Of a stretch of DNA of 64,000 nt, positions 33,734 through 44,960 are shown one piece after another; position 1 is the stretch's first letter, and each line of letters opens with the position of its first letter. The stretch covers positions 1 to 64,000 of the IMG/VR virus record IMGVR_UViG_3300026522_000023; one strand, 5' to 3'. Both the position numbers and the translations under genes were made by a program. Origin of the DNA: a virus (lineage: Duplodnaviria > Caudoviricetes). The notes beneath the pieces are model-generated. The model was not told the origin of the DNA. It ran no database searches and saw only the letters and a list, made by a program, of their open reading frames with translations.

Positions 33734-34407
33734 ATTATTCTAAAAGATCTTTAAAAAAGCATTAGAAAATAAAAGATAAATTAGAAAAAGCTACTGAAGT
33801 ATTAAATAAAAAAATTGACTTGGAATTAGAGGCAATTATAAAAATAATATTTTCTTGGATAGTTAATGATGAAGAAATTAATACAAAAGAACATCGAGAG
33901 ATTCTAATAAATTTATTTTATAAAGCTTTAGAAAATCTTTATTCTGAAATTAATATATAGTTAGGAAAGATTTATAAAACAGTAGCTCCTTTTAATTTAA
34001 AAGATATAACAGATTTAACTTTTCAAGAAGATGGAAAAACATTAGATGAACGAATTACTAAATATTTAGATGATTTAGAAGAAAAAAGATTATCTGGTGA
34101 TTTTCCAGATAATTTAAAAAGCTTTGGTGCTAATATGTATTCTCGTCTGTTAAATAATGAAGGTAGATATTTATTTACTCATTTAATGAAAATGAAAATA
34201 AAACCTGTAGCTTCAATACTTGTAATTGAAACAGGAACTTGCGATGATTTATGCGGTGAATGGAATGGAGAATACCCTGCAGAAGAAGATGTTCCTCTTC
34301 CTCCTTACCATACTAATTGTTAGTGTTCTGCTTATTATATTGAAACTGATGATGAAGATGATGTTAATGACTTAGATTTAGAAGTGGAGGAAGCAAAAAA
34401 TATATGA
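33730..34407 (+). CDS. MuF/SPP1 gp7-like protein
   Basis: DGKTLDERI and C-terminal TCDDLC..NG..PLPPYHTNCQC (MuF signature PPxHPNCRC), acidic tail. Confidence 0.65.
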
Positions 34408-34892
34408 AATATGCAGGAATTATAAAAAATGATATTGCCGCAGCACCTGGAATATGTGTATCATTCTTTGTTCAAGGTTGCCCCAATCATTGTAAAGGAT
34501 GCCATAACCCTGAAACATGGGATTTTGATGGTGGTAAAGAATTTACGAGTGATATATTTACTGAAATTGCTCAAGCACTTCAAGCTAATGGTATTCATAG
34601 AAATTTTTGTATAATGGGTGGCGAACCATTATGTGAACAAAATCAATTGCTTACTTTACTTTTGGTTCGTACTATAAAAGAAAAACTTCCTAATACAAAA
34701 ATTTATATATGGACTGGATATTATTATGATGATTTAATTAAGCAAAAAGATAATGGAAAACTTCAAGAAATTCTTAGCAGTATTGATGTCTTGATTGATG
34801 GTCCATATATCCAAGAGCAAAGAGATGTATCATTGCCTATGCGTGGAAGTAAAAATTAGCGTATTATTAATTTAAATTCAAATAAAAATTGA
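34404..34892 (+). CDS. nrdG: Anaerobic RNR activase (radical SAM)
   Basis: QGCPNHCKGCHN, GGEP, IWTGY, DVLIDG, RGSKNQRII with Q encoded by TAG. Confidence 0.95.
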
Positions 34893-34917
34893 CGACTTTA
34901 AAATTTTTTGTTATAAT
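34889..34917 (+). promoter_or_regulatory. SigA-type promoter
   Basis: TTGACG-17-TATAAT with TG. Confidence 0.8.
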
Positions 34918-34947
34918 ATATCTATAAAAAGAAATCGGAGGATTCAA

Positions 34948-35487
34948 ATGGAAAATTTTAAAGTTAGTTTTGAAGTGAAGAATATTCACGAATTAGAAAA
35001 TTCTCCTTAGAATTTCTATGCTGGATAGGTTTGCTATGATTAGGATAATCAAAAATTAATGGTATATAAAGATTCTAAGTGGATTCCATTAAATAATAAT
35101 GCTAAATTAAATGCAGAAGGTTCAGGCATTGAGATTAATTTATATGATTTAAATAAAAATATTATGTCTCAATTAAAGCCTTTATCAGATGAAAAACTCA
35201 AAGAATTAAAGAAATTAATTTTAACCTTTGATGATACAATAGATAATACTTACTATATGTTATTATGCCGAGAACGAAATTATTATACAATGTTCGTTAA
35301 AAATGGTTGTATTGGTATTAATGCTATTAATGAAAGTGTTATTGATTGCCTACATGATTTAGGTGAAATAGTAAGCGGCGAATTAACTGAAGACAAAACA
35401 GCGATTGAATTTTGGATTAAAGCAGATGATACTGCTTATTGCGTTTATTTCTTTGGTTATGATGCTGGCGTAGTGGAGTGTGTATAA
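34948..35487 (+). CDS. Hypothetical protein
   Basis: GGAGG RBS; extends track ORF 35059 upstream through TAGs. Confidence 0.7.
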
Positions 35488-35756
35488 TGGATACAAAAAT
35501 TGTTGCTATCATTGATTTATTTGATAGTGAATAGAAAGTATATAAAATCTCTCCAAGCGAACAATCTCTTTTAGGAAAATATTCTTTAAATGATATTAAC
35601 TCATTCGCTATGGAAATTTTACATAATTGTTATAATTATAAAATTAATGATATTCATTTCTTTGGATAGACAAATTATATTGAAGAAATTGTAGAATCAA
35701 TTAATAATGTAAATAGAAATAATTATTCTTTAAATTTAAATATAGAGGTTAATTAA
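35487..35756 (+). CDS. Hypothetical protein
   Basis: TAATG coupling; open with TAG=Gln. Confidence 0.65.
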
Positions 35757-36002
35757 ATGAAATATTTAATCAGTACAACAGATGTTTATAGAGTTCCAAC
35801 AGTAGCAGAAGTAGAATAGTTACATGAAGAATTAATTAATGATACTCATTTTACTTTAAATGCTTTTAGTTATAAGACTAAACAAATTAAGCAGAAGGGC
35901 GAAATCATTGATGAATATCAGCTAGTTACTGCTAAGAAATTATTTAATGATGAAAAAGAACCCGGTACAAATATTGATATTAAGTATGAGGCAGAATTTT
36001 AA
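35757..36002 (+). CDS. Hypothetical protein
   Basis: GAGG RBS; MKYLISTTDVYRV..KGEIIDEY; coupled to dut. Confidence 0.7.
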
Positions 36003-36532
36003 TGAATAGATTTGAAAGAGTTTCGAGATTTCCCGATGCAGTTCTCCCCGTTCGTAAGACAGCAAACTCTGCGGGTTATGATTTAACAGTCGCGGAAGAT
36101 ATTGTAATTCCTCCTTTATCTAAGCACATTTAGACATTAGATGTTGATTAGGAATATGGTATTGCAACGATGGATTTGACTGAAATGGCTGCTTTAACTA
36201 AATCTAAGAAAGCTAAACCTACTCTTGTTTCTACTGGAGTTAAATGTCAATTAAATCCTGATTGCTATTTGGAATTATCTGTGCGCAGTTCTACTCCTTT
36301 AAAATATTGGCTAATTTTAGCCAATAGTGTGGGTATTATTGATTCTGACTATTATAATAATCCTGATAATGAAGGAGAGATTTTTTTACAATTAATTAAT
36401 CTCTCTCCATATAATATCCAATTACATAAAGGTGATGTAATTGGACAAGGCATTATTAAAAAGTATGAGATTACTGATGATGATAATGCTACTGGGAATA
36501 GACTCGGAGGCTTTGGTTCTACGTCTAAATAA
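36002..36532 (+). CDS. dut: Trimeric dUTPase
   Basis: SAGYDL, TGV, RSS, GIIDSDY, IGQG, RLGGFGST. Confidence 0.95.
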
Positions 36533-36566
36533 TAAAATTTGTCTCCTTGTCAGAAAGGAGGTAAAT

Positions 36567-37079
36567 ATGAATATTTTATTTTTAGATTTATCTACTAAAT
36601 CTACTGGATATTGTATTTCTGATGATGCTGGTAAAATGATTACTTATGGTTTAATTACAGCATCATCAGAAAATAATATTTCAAGAATTGTTAAAATACA
36701 AACTGAAATTATAAAATTAATCCAATAGTATAAGATAGAAAAAATTGTAGCAGAAGATGTTCATCCCGAAGAATATGGTTACTCAGATACTGCAAGATTA
36801 TTAATGTGGCTTTAGGGCGCAGTTATGTTAGGTGCGCATTCAGTTAATTCTAAAGTAAATTCTAAAACTTTAGAATTAATGTAGGCTAACGAATGGCGTC
36901 GTCAACTAGGAATTAAAGTAGGCCGTGGTATTAAACGATCAGCTTTAAAACCTTTAGACGTTTAGTATGTAAAAGAACATTATGGTATTGAAGCAAATGA
37001 TGATGTTTGTGATGCTATATGTTTATTTACTGCTTATTTCCTCGCGCAGTAGCAGCAAAATGATTATAATTGGGAGTAA
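36567..37079 (+). CDS. ruvC: RuvC-like Holliday junction resolvase
   Basis: ILFLDLSTKSTGY, IVAED, LQGAV, EWRRQLG, NDDVCDAI. Confidence 0.85.
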
Positions 37080-37158
37080 ATGATTGGACTTAAATAAGTA
37101 ATCTTCCTATCTAAATGCTAAAGTATAATAGAAGCTAAAGAAAGGAGGTTACACATAT

Positions 37159-37602
37159 ATGGCCACTTTTATTGCTGAACATTTTATTGAAATTATTTTT
37201 GGACTTATTTCTGCTGGACTATTAGCATTTTGTAAATCAATTCATGGTAAAATGAAAAAGTATAAAGCAATGGTTGAAGAGCAGAAAAATGATGACCTAG
37301 ATGAAAAAATTGAATCTCATATTGAGCCTATTAAAGAAGAAATAGAAGATTTGCGAAAATACATTAGAGAAGTAAAGACTACTGAAGAAACTCATATGGA
37401 ATTAATTATTGCATCTTACCGTTTTAGACTAACTCAATTGTGTCGTGCTTATTTAAAAAAAGGATATATGACTTCTAATGAGTATGAACAATTAACAGAG
37501 TTTTATAAAGTTTATCATGGGTTAGGCGGCAATGGGCAAGCCAAAACTTATTATGATAAAACAATAAAATTACCAATTCAGCATGAAGAGCTTCCAGAAT
37601 AA
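37159..37602 (+). CDS. Single-TM coiled-coil membrane protein (holin-associated family)
   Basis: N-terminal TM, coiled coil, Y..YHGLGGNG motif. Confidence 0.65.
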   Translation: MATFIAEHFIEIIFGLISAGLLAFCKSIHGKMKKYKAMVEEQKNDDLDEKIESHIEPIKEEIEDLRKYIREVKTTEETHMELIIASYRFRLTQLCRAYLKKGYMTSNEYEQLTEFYKVYHGLGGNGQAKTYYDKTIKLPIQHEELPE

Positions 37603-37644
37603 AAATAAGGGATAGAACAATTAAGTTCTATCCCTTATTTTTTT
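37603..37644. terminator. Bidirectional terminator at a strand convergence
   Basis: AAAATAAGGGATAGAAC-loop-GTTCTATCCCTTATTTTTTT. Confidence 0.85.
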
Positions 37645-37946
37645 ATCTATTTAAATATTTCATCAGTCTATTGGATTATATCAAATCCATAATCACTAAT
37701 AATATTAGCAACTAATTCCTACTAATCTAAATTTAATTTAATATTATAGCTAAACATAAAAGCATGAGTTATTTCATGACATAAAACATGATATAATTTA
37801 TCTTCTTCTAATTTTCTATTTATATATATCGTGCTAGTCTTATCATCACAAGATCCTAATGCTTTTATCCCATTACGTTTAGATAATTTAGAAAAATTGG
37901 AGGGTACTAAAAGTACCCTCCAATTCCTTCCATTTATATTAAACAT
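37635..37946 (-). CDS. Small HExxH zinc metallopeptidase-like protein
   Basis: LGSCD..IYIN...VLCHEITHAF..QQELVAN; extended through TAGs to TAA 37635. Confidence 0.75.
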
Positions 37947-37950
37947 TCAT

Positions 37951-38421
37951 CTAACCAATTTTAGTTGCTAAAGCCGAAATTTTTCTTTCAAGATAAGATC
38001 TTTCATCATTTGAAGCATTTTCAATCATTTCAACTATATCAGAACTTAAATCTGAAATATAATTATCTAGTTCTTTAAGCTGAATAGCCTTATCCTTATG
38101 ATTTTGTTGAGCTTCTAAATACGCTTTACGGGCAGAGGGACTACGACCTATTTTATCGTCATCCCAAGCTGTTTCCATATGTGTATCAGTCATATATTTA
38201 CTTGTTTTATTTTTAGGATATTTTTCAGTATAATATAAGATTTCTCCTTCAGAAGCTTTTTCCATTGCTTCAGTAATTGAACAATAATACTTTGCTTCTT
38301 CTAAATCTTTTATCATATCAATGACTTCACCTAATTCATGAGCATCAACACAGGCTAAATTAGACATTTGGCATTCGACTTGCGCCATTAATTGTTCTCT
38401 TACACTTTCATAATCGCACAT
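37951..38421 (-). CDS. Hypothetical helical protein (cassette gene 5)
   Basis: ELGEVIDMIKDLEEAKYY; GRSPSARKAY. Confidence 0.75.
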   Translation of the reverse strand: MCDYESVREQLMAQVECQMSNLACVDAHELGEVIDMIKDLEEAKYYCSITEAMEKASEGEILYYTEKYPKNKTSKYMTDTHMETAWDDDKIGRSPSARKAYLEAQQNHKDKAIQLKELDNYISDLSSDIVEMIENASNDERSYLERKISALATKIG

Positions 38422-38435
38422 TCTAATTTACCCCC

Positions 38436-38861
38436 TTAAGCCACTCGTTCAATAATTAGATTAGCATTTTGTAAAGAGATAGCCTAAGTACTAGTGTTTT
38501 CAACACTAACCTAAGTGCAGCAACCTCCAATTACATCTAAGAATAAAGAACAAGAAATATTATTAAATTGTTCTACTGCGGTAGGAGTAGAAATCATAGT
38601 TGTTGTTTCTACCGGTTCCCCATTTATGGCAACTGCTAAAGAAATTGCTCCAGCAGTTCCACCAGTAGGAACTGCTATATTACCACCAAATAATATACGG
38701 AATCGAGCTTTTCGTTGATTCGCAGAAGTGATACCTCGTAAAGTTACTAATCCACTACCTTCACGATGCACCATAGCACAACTGCCTGGAACAGCGGTAT
38801 TAGTAAATACTACATTACTATTGGCATTTACCGTTTGTAAAGCATTAGCTGTTATTTCCAT
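38436..38861 (-). CDS. Beta-sandwich protein, BclA-CTD/C1q-like by pattern (cassette gene 4)
   Basis: QTV...HREGSGLVTLRG..FGGNIA..AINGE..VSVENTS..NANLIIERVA. Confidence 0.7.
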
Positions 38862-38881
38862 TTTTCAACCTCTTTTCTTTA

Positions 38882-39739
38882 TTAAGCAGTATACTAGCAT
38901 CCACATCCAGTATAATTAGTTCCTACATAAGGATTTTGGACAACATAGGCTGGAATAGGAGCTTTATTACTTAATTGTTCTACTAAATAAGCATTCTATA
39001 AGTTTTGAGAAATTTGGCCCTTAAGAGTAGCATTTTCAGCAGTAAGAGTTTCAATCTTATCCTGTACTAAGAAATTAAGGATAGAGCGCATACTAGCATT
39101 AGTATTATCAATAATGTCTCTTACTCCCTCATTAACTGCTTGACGGTTTTGGCAAGCTTGACTTGCTAAATTATAATTTAAATCAGCAAAGCTTGATGTA
39201 ATAAGATTCTTATTCTCGCAGCAGCAATGAGCATTTGTTGCTGCCATATTATTTAATTGCTGAATGATATTATTAGTATTCTACATACCAGCAACAGTAT
39301 CAGCATTAATAGCCTAAGTAATACCAAAGGTATTTTGCATATTGTTCATACCCATATTACAAATATCTTGTGATAAAGAACGAGCATTACTATTAAGAGT
39401 CTCAGTAACATTACCAAAACCAGAAAGTAAATTATTATTTACATTAGCGAAACCATTACATAAACCAGTTTGTAAAGAATTAATTCCAGATTTAAGATCG
39501 CTTATATCAAATCCATAAGTTAATTCTTCTCTCGTAGTAGTGCCTTGATAACCAGTATTACCGTTATTACCCCAGCCGTTATTACCCCAGCCATTAAAGC
39601 AGAATAAGAATAGGATAATAATCCACCAAGCGCCATCGCCCCACATACCGTTATCGCCATTGCGATAACCATTACCAGAAGCAGCTGCAATATCAGATAA
39701 AGAATATTGCTGAGTTGGAAAACCACCATAATTAAACAT
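38882..39739 (-). CDS. Gly/Asn-rich TM protein with Cys clusters (cassette gene 3)
   Basis: WWIIILFLFCF-NGWG repeats, HCCCE, coiled coil, PIPAYVVQNPY..CGC; joins 39314-39757 and 38996-39247. Confidence 0.8.
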
Positions 39740-39774
39740 ACAAATAACCCCTTTCAAAAGTTATAATATTTTAT

Positions 39775-40020
39775 TTAAATCCCTAATTGAGATTTAAATT
39801 TCGCAAATTCAGTATCAAAATTCATTCCTTTTGATTCAAAAAAATTCCTCGCAAACTTTTCAATGTCCGCGGTTTGGCCCCCGCGTGCCATTTTTATCAG
39901 ATTATCTCCCATAGGCGTTCCGCCCATATTTTTTTCCAGAAGAGATATCATCAAACTTTGAGGATTCTGGCCATTTTTAATCATACCTATTATCTATAAT
40001 GGATTTATTCCCTACATCAT
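39775..40020 (-). CDS. Small Met/Gln/Asn-rich protein (cassette gene 2)
   Basis: AGGAGG RBS; MMQGINPLQ..NPQSLM..IEKFARN. Confidence 0.75.
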
Positions 40021-40031
40021 CTCTTACCTCC

Positions 40032-40487
40032 TTAAAAGTTAAACTGCGGTTTGCTATCAGTTATTTGCTCTGTCGAAGATTGAGTATTCTATTGTTGTTG
40101 TGGATTAATATTAGCCTAGGCCTATTGTGTTAATTGAGAAAAGGCTTCTTTAATCTATGATAAAGCATTATTAAATTCATTCCGTGTTATAAAATCTACA
40201 TTATTACCTTGTGAATTACTTGGGAGTTCTTTTAGCTCATACATATTGATTGAAGCAGTTCCATCCATATTAATCTATTTTGTATATATTCTTCTATTGG
40301 CATAGTCAGGAAAATAGAATACTGAACCATCAAAATCTACACTCATTGCCCGTACTTCATCTAATGAAGAGACTGGTCTAACTCTTGGAGTAGTATTTTG
40401 ATTTGATGTTGGCATAATAGGTTGAGTGTTATAAATTGGCCGATTTATAGCACTAAACTATTGTGGATAACCATAATTATTATTCAT
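40032..40487 (-). CDS. Hypothetical protein (cassette gene 1)
   Basis: GGAGG RBS; visible only with TAG=Gln; VRPVSSLDEVRAMSVDFDGSVFYFPD..IYTKQINMDG..DFITRNEF. Confidence 0.75.
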
Positions 40488-40640
40488 AATTTTTACCTCC
40501 GGAGTTTTAAAATAGAAGAATTTTATCTTTTTCTTCCATAGATATATAAAATTTAGATTATAAATATCATTAGGAAATACTCACACTTTTTTAAATAAAA
40601 ATCTCTTCCGCACCAAATTAAATAAAAATATCGTCATGAA

Positions 40641-40669
40641 TAGACTTTTATAAAAATTTTTGGTATAAT
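40641..40669 (+). promoter_or_regulatory. SigA-type promoter for the LytTR gene
   Basis: TAGACT-17-TATAAT with TG. Confidence 0.7.
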
Positions 40670-40715
40670 TATAAATAGAGAAAGATAAAAATATTAATGA
40701 AAGGAGGAGATTATC

Positions 40716-41414
40716 ATAGTTTCAATATGTATTTGTGATAGAGATGATTCACATGGATAGTCAATGGTTACTATTATTAAGGATTATTTTTTTAAACATA
40801 ATGTAATAGGAAGTATAAATTATTTTAATAATGCTAAAGATTTATTAAAACAACCAACCTATGATGTCTATTTTTTAGGTATTTTAATTAAAGATATGAA
40901 TGGCATTGAGCTTGGGAAAATATTAAAACAAAAAAATGAAAAATGCGAAATAATTTATATAACTGATTAGCGTAATTATGGACCACAAACCTATGAAGTA
41001 AAAGCATTTAATTATTTATTAAAACCTATAAATATAGAAGAAATAAATGATACTTTAGATAGATTATTTGAAAAAATTAAAAGTGAATATAGATATTTAA
41101 GAACTAAAGATGGGGAAGAAAGAATTCCACTTAAAGAATTATTATATGCTGATATTATAGGAAGAAATTTAACTTGTCATTTCTATGATGGTGAATTAAT
41201 TCAAAGTACAACTTTAAAAAAATCTTTTGAAAAAATGATAGGTCCTTTAAAAGATAATCCAGATTTTGTCTTTGTTGCACCGAGTTTATTAATTAATTTA
41301 AATTATATTAGTTCAATGAACTCAAACTATTTAACTTTTACTACTGGTGAAGTATTATATTTCCCAAAGAGCGCGTATAAATTAATTTGTGAAAGATGGA
41401 AGCAATATGGTTAA
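40716..41414 (+). CDS. Degenerate LytTR/AgrA-family response regulator (pseudo-receiver + LytTR)
   Basis: SICICD, DVYFLGI..MNGIELGK, IIYIT, AFNYLLKP, RIPLKELLY, F....SLLINL; AAGGAGG RBS followed by ATT/ATC/ATA rather than ATG. Confidence 0.85.
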
Positions 41415-41423
41415 ATAGAAATA

Positions 41424-41461
41424 AGGGGAACACTCAATTATCGAGTGTTCCCCATTTTTTT
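41424..41461. terminator. Terminator at the LytTR/holin convergence
   Basis: GGGAACACTC-loop-GAGTGTTCCC followed by a T run. Confidence 0.85.
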
Positions 41462-41849
41462 ATGATTTATTAATATTAACACTTGCTTCTATCTTCTCGG
41501 AAATATATTTATCTAAATCACCATAAATATTAGCAAGATAATCTTTTGCTTCTTGGCTAAGAATTGTTAATACTGCTTGCGTAGTTTGTTCAAATGCTTG
41601 CTTTTGAGCTTCTGCATCAAATTTGCCTTGTTTCTTTAGACTTTCTACATAAGTCTAATTCGTAGCAATAACACAACTATTAATTGTATCAGTTAGCATT
41701 TGAATATATTTATTTGCTAACACATTATCATTATTATTTTGGATTTGATTACTTTTTACATTAATCCATTTAATAATAAAAGTAGTTAATACTCCTAGTA
41801 ATGGAATAATACATACTTGAAAAATTTGAGTTAGTAATTCACTAGTCAT
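41460..41849 (-). CDS. Putative holin (LL-H-like)
   Basis: N-terminal TM; CVIATNQTYVESLKKQGKFD..IEASV. Confidence 0.7.
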
Positions 41850-41871
41850 TATTATTTTCCTCCTATTTAAT

Positions 41872-42378
41872 TTAATTTTTATCTTCCCAAGTAGTAAGAG
41901 TTATTTTAGGTAAATTTTTTTTTAAATAATTCTATAAATTAATATTTTCTTCAGTTTCATTGTCCTATAAATATACACTTTCACCTAATGTTAAAGGAAA
42001 AATTATATTTTTATCACTATCATTCTATTCAGTTGTTTTTAATATTTTTATATTTGTATTATCATAAACAAATGAGTTATTCGTATAAGGTTCCTATAAA
42101 ACTCCTTTTTCAGGCTAAATTTCATAAATACCAGCATTGTCTGTTTCTTTTAATAGAAAATCTGCTTTATTAGCATTTAACTATATACGATATTTTTTAA
42201 TATTATCTTTAGTAACAACTATTGCCTAATCTTCAATAGGTTTATCAATAAAAAAATTACCAGTATCAGGAGAAAAATAAGCCCAACCAGGATTAAATGG
42301 TACAAGAAGTTCATTACTGTTTTCTCTATTTACGAATAAATTTTCTTCATTTCCAGAATTTATTTTAAATAATGCCAT
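41872..42378 (-). CDS. Hypothetical tail-fibre-associated protein
   Basis: AAGGAG RBS; MALFKINSG...GWAYFSPDTGNFFID..RIQLNA. Confidence 0.65.
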
Positions 42379-42394
42379 AAAGAATCTCCTTTCA

Positions 42395-42484
42395 ATTCTA
42401 TTTATATAACAAAAAAATGGGAGAGGATATACCTCTCCCATTCTATTTATATAACAAAAAAATGGGAGAGGATATACCTCTCCC
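42395..42484 (-). repeat. Perfect 45-bp tandem duplication, each copy containing a minus-strand terminator
   Basis: 2x ATTCTATTTATATAACAAAAAAATGGGAGAGGATATACCTCTCCC; hairpin ATGGGAGAGG/CCTCTCCCAT with a 7-A tract. Confidence 0.9.
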
Positions 42485-42583
42485 ATATAATATATGAAAA
42501 TTATTAAAATATTAAACTGAGAAAAGTATCTTACCTTTCATAATAACTGAAAAAATAAAATACTTTCTTAATTTATTTTGTCC

Positions 42584-43204
42584 TTATAATACCAACCAAT
42601 AAACATCTAATCCACCATCATTACCAACATATCCTTCTAGGCGAGATAGACGTTCCCAAATCTACTAAACAACCTAATCATCATCAACTACATAATAATC
42701 TTCTTCTTGTGAAATATTATCATAATTTAAACGATTATAAACCTTAATTACATCAGGCTAAGTATTTAAATTAAACATAAGATTATTTGTGTTTTTTTCA
42801 ATATGATAAAAAGTAATCATATATTTCAATAATCCAGTCTTTTTAGTAGCACTATAATTTAAAACCCAAGGAAAAATAATTTTATCTTTCTTTGTAACTA
42901 AATCATAATAAGGAACTGGATAAATACGCTTTTCATTATCAGCATTAATATAACTTACAATACACATCATATTACTTAAATCAACTAAGCCATGATACCT
43001 ATTTACTTCAAAATAAAGTGTCTCAGCAGCATGATCGCCTTCAATAGTAACATAATTATTAGTATTCTCAATTTTTTTAGTCTAAAGATTAATTTTTATT
43101 AATGCTTCATCTTCTGGGCTTGGCAAAGATGGATATTTAATTGGAAAATTTTCATCTTCTAATTGGTATAATAACTGTTGATAATCGGCAGGATTAGTTA
43201 TCAT
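42584..43204 (-). CDS. BppU-like baseplate protein
   Basis: IKINL..I..EGDHAAETLYFEVNRY..DL..C. Confidence 0.6.
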
Positions 43205-43217
43205 ACAATCTCACCTC

Positions 43218-44936
43218 TTATCCAAGACGAACTTTATTAGTACTTTTAGTTTTTACGCCCTTCTTAATAGTTACTGTATAAGCAATAGCATTATTAGTAT
43301 TAGCGATAGGAACTATAATAGTATTATTAGTAATTGCTTGAGATATACTATAAACGTTCTTACTGGTATCATCATAGAAATCAATAATAAATTCACCAAT
43401 AGAACCTAACTCATTAGCAATATTTCCAACAGTAATAACATAATTAGTATCATCAATGGCGCAAGAAGCGTTAATATTTATATTAGATATATCTAAGCAA
43501 TGAGTAAATGGATAAATAGAGTTAAATTCTTTACTATCTCTATTCTTTACAGCAACAACCTTTGGTTTATAAACTCCTTCATCAGAAGTTAATACCAATG
43601 TATTTGTATTATTCTCAATTAATGTGCTATCTTTATACCAGCTATAAGCAAATTCAATACCAGCATCTATATTAGGTTTCAACTAAATAGTCTTTTCACC
43701 ATAATAATAAGCACCACTTTCATCATTAGAATCTGGGGCTGGACTATAATTAAATGATAAATCACTTGGCAAGCCAGTAACAATAACAGATAACTCATTA
43801 TTATTTATAACTTGACTCTTATCATTCGCGGTTTTACCATAGGCAGAAACTGTATAAGTGCCTTTTTCAGTAATCTCGCAATAAGCAACTTTCAAATACA
43901 GATTATCTTTTTTCTCTTCAAAGCTGGCCGCATCTAAAATACCACTTACATTATTATAATCAGTACCATTAGCTTCATAATAACTTAATTTACCATTATA
44001 AGTTGTATCAGTAAAAATACTATTTTCACCAGTAAGTTTCATATAATCATACTTTTGTGCCTCACTAATTGGATATGCAGTTCCATTATCAGTGCGAACC
44101 CAATCATATATAATATTGGTACTTTCAATATTATTCTATGTATCATTATATGCTAAAGCATAAATTTTATCGCCAGTAACATATGCTTCTTTTTCATTCT
44201 TAATCCCAGATAAGAAAGCAATAGTATCTGCTACACCACTACCAATACTTTTAGTAGAATCAATTAAAGATTTTAAATAATTATTCATATAATCAACTGG
44301 CTCTGCTGTTAATATATTTTCATCAATATCTAAACCTTTACTAATTGTCATTTGAGCTGGTAAAGTATTTAACATATATTCATACTCTCTATCATTCTTC
44401 TTTTTAAAGAATACAATAGAAAAATATACTGTACCAGGTTGTGCGGTTATTGAATTATCAATAGGCCACTCAAAAATAATTTTTCCACTTTCACTAGTGA
44501 TATCTCTAAAACGAGATTCAGAGAAACCTTTTATACTATCATCAACATACCATTGAACGAAAATACGGATTCCATTTTCAGCTAAATCCTATATATCAAA
44601 ATATCTATCTATTCTAAACCAAATAGTTTCAGCCATATGATCTTTAGCGACATTTAAAAATACTGTCTTACCAAAATCATTACCCAACTTAATACGTCTT
44701 GTATTCGCGTCTATATCTATAATTTGCTCATCTACTGGAACACGAATTACAAATGGATTAGTTGCGGCCATCTTTACAATACCAGTTATATTTTCAAAAT
44801 AATCAGATATACTATTAACTTCTACAAGTTTACCTTTGTCATTAGTAACATTATTATCTTTAGCCAATTTATTGATAGTATTAAAAAAAGTATCCCAATT
44901 ACCATGCTCTTTATTCGTATCAATTCTAGTAATCAA
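43218..44936 (-). CDS. BppU-like baseplate/tail protein with Ig-like C-terminal domains (572 aa)
   Basis: Four same-frame track ORFs joined at TAGs; IDANTRRI..KDHMAETIWFRIDRYFD; YSWYKD. Confidence 0.65.
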
Positions 44937-44960
44937 AACTTATCTCTTCCTTTCTAAAAA

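Noticed and set aside
42379-42486. N-terminal MGEVYPLPFFCYINR repeat in track ORF 42226-42486, or a mini CRISPR
   Set aside because: It is the translated 45-bp terminator duplication; there are no spacers, and the real start is ATG 42378 after AAGGAG
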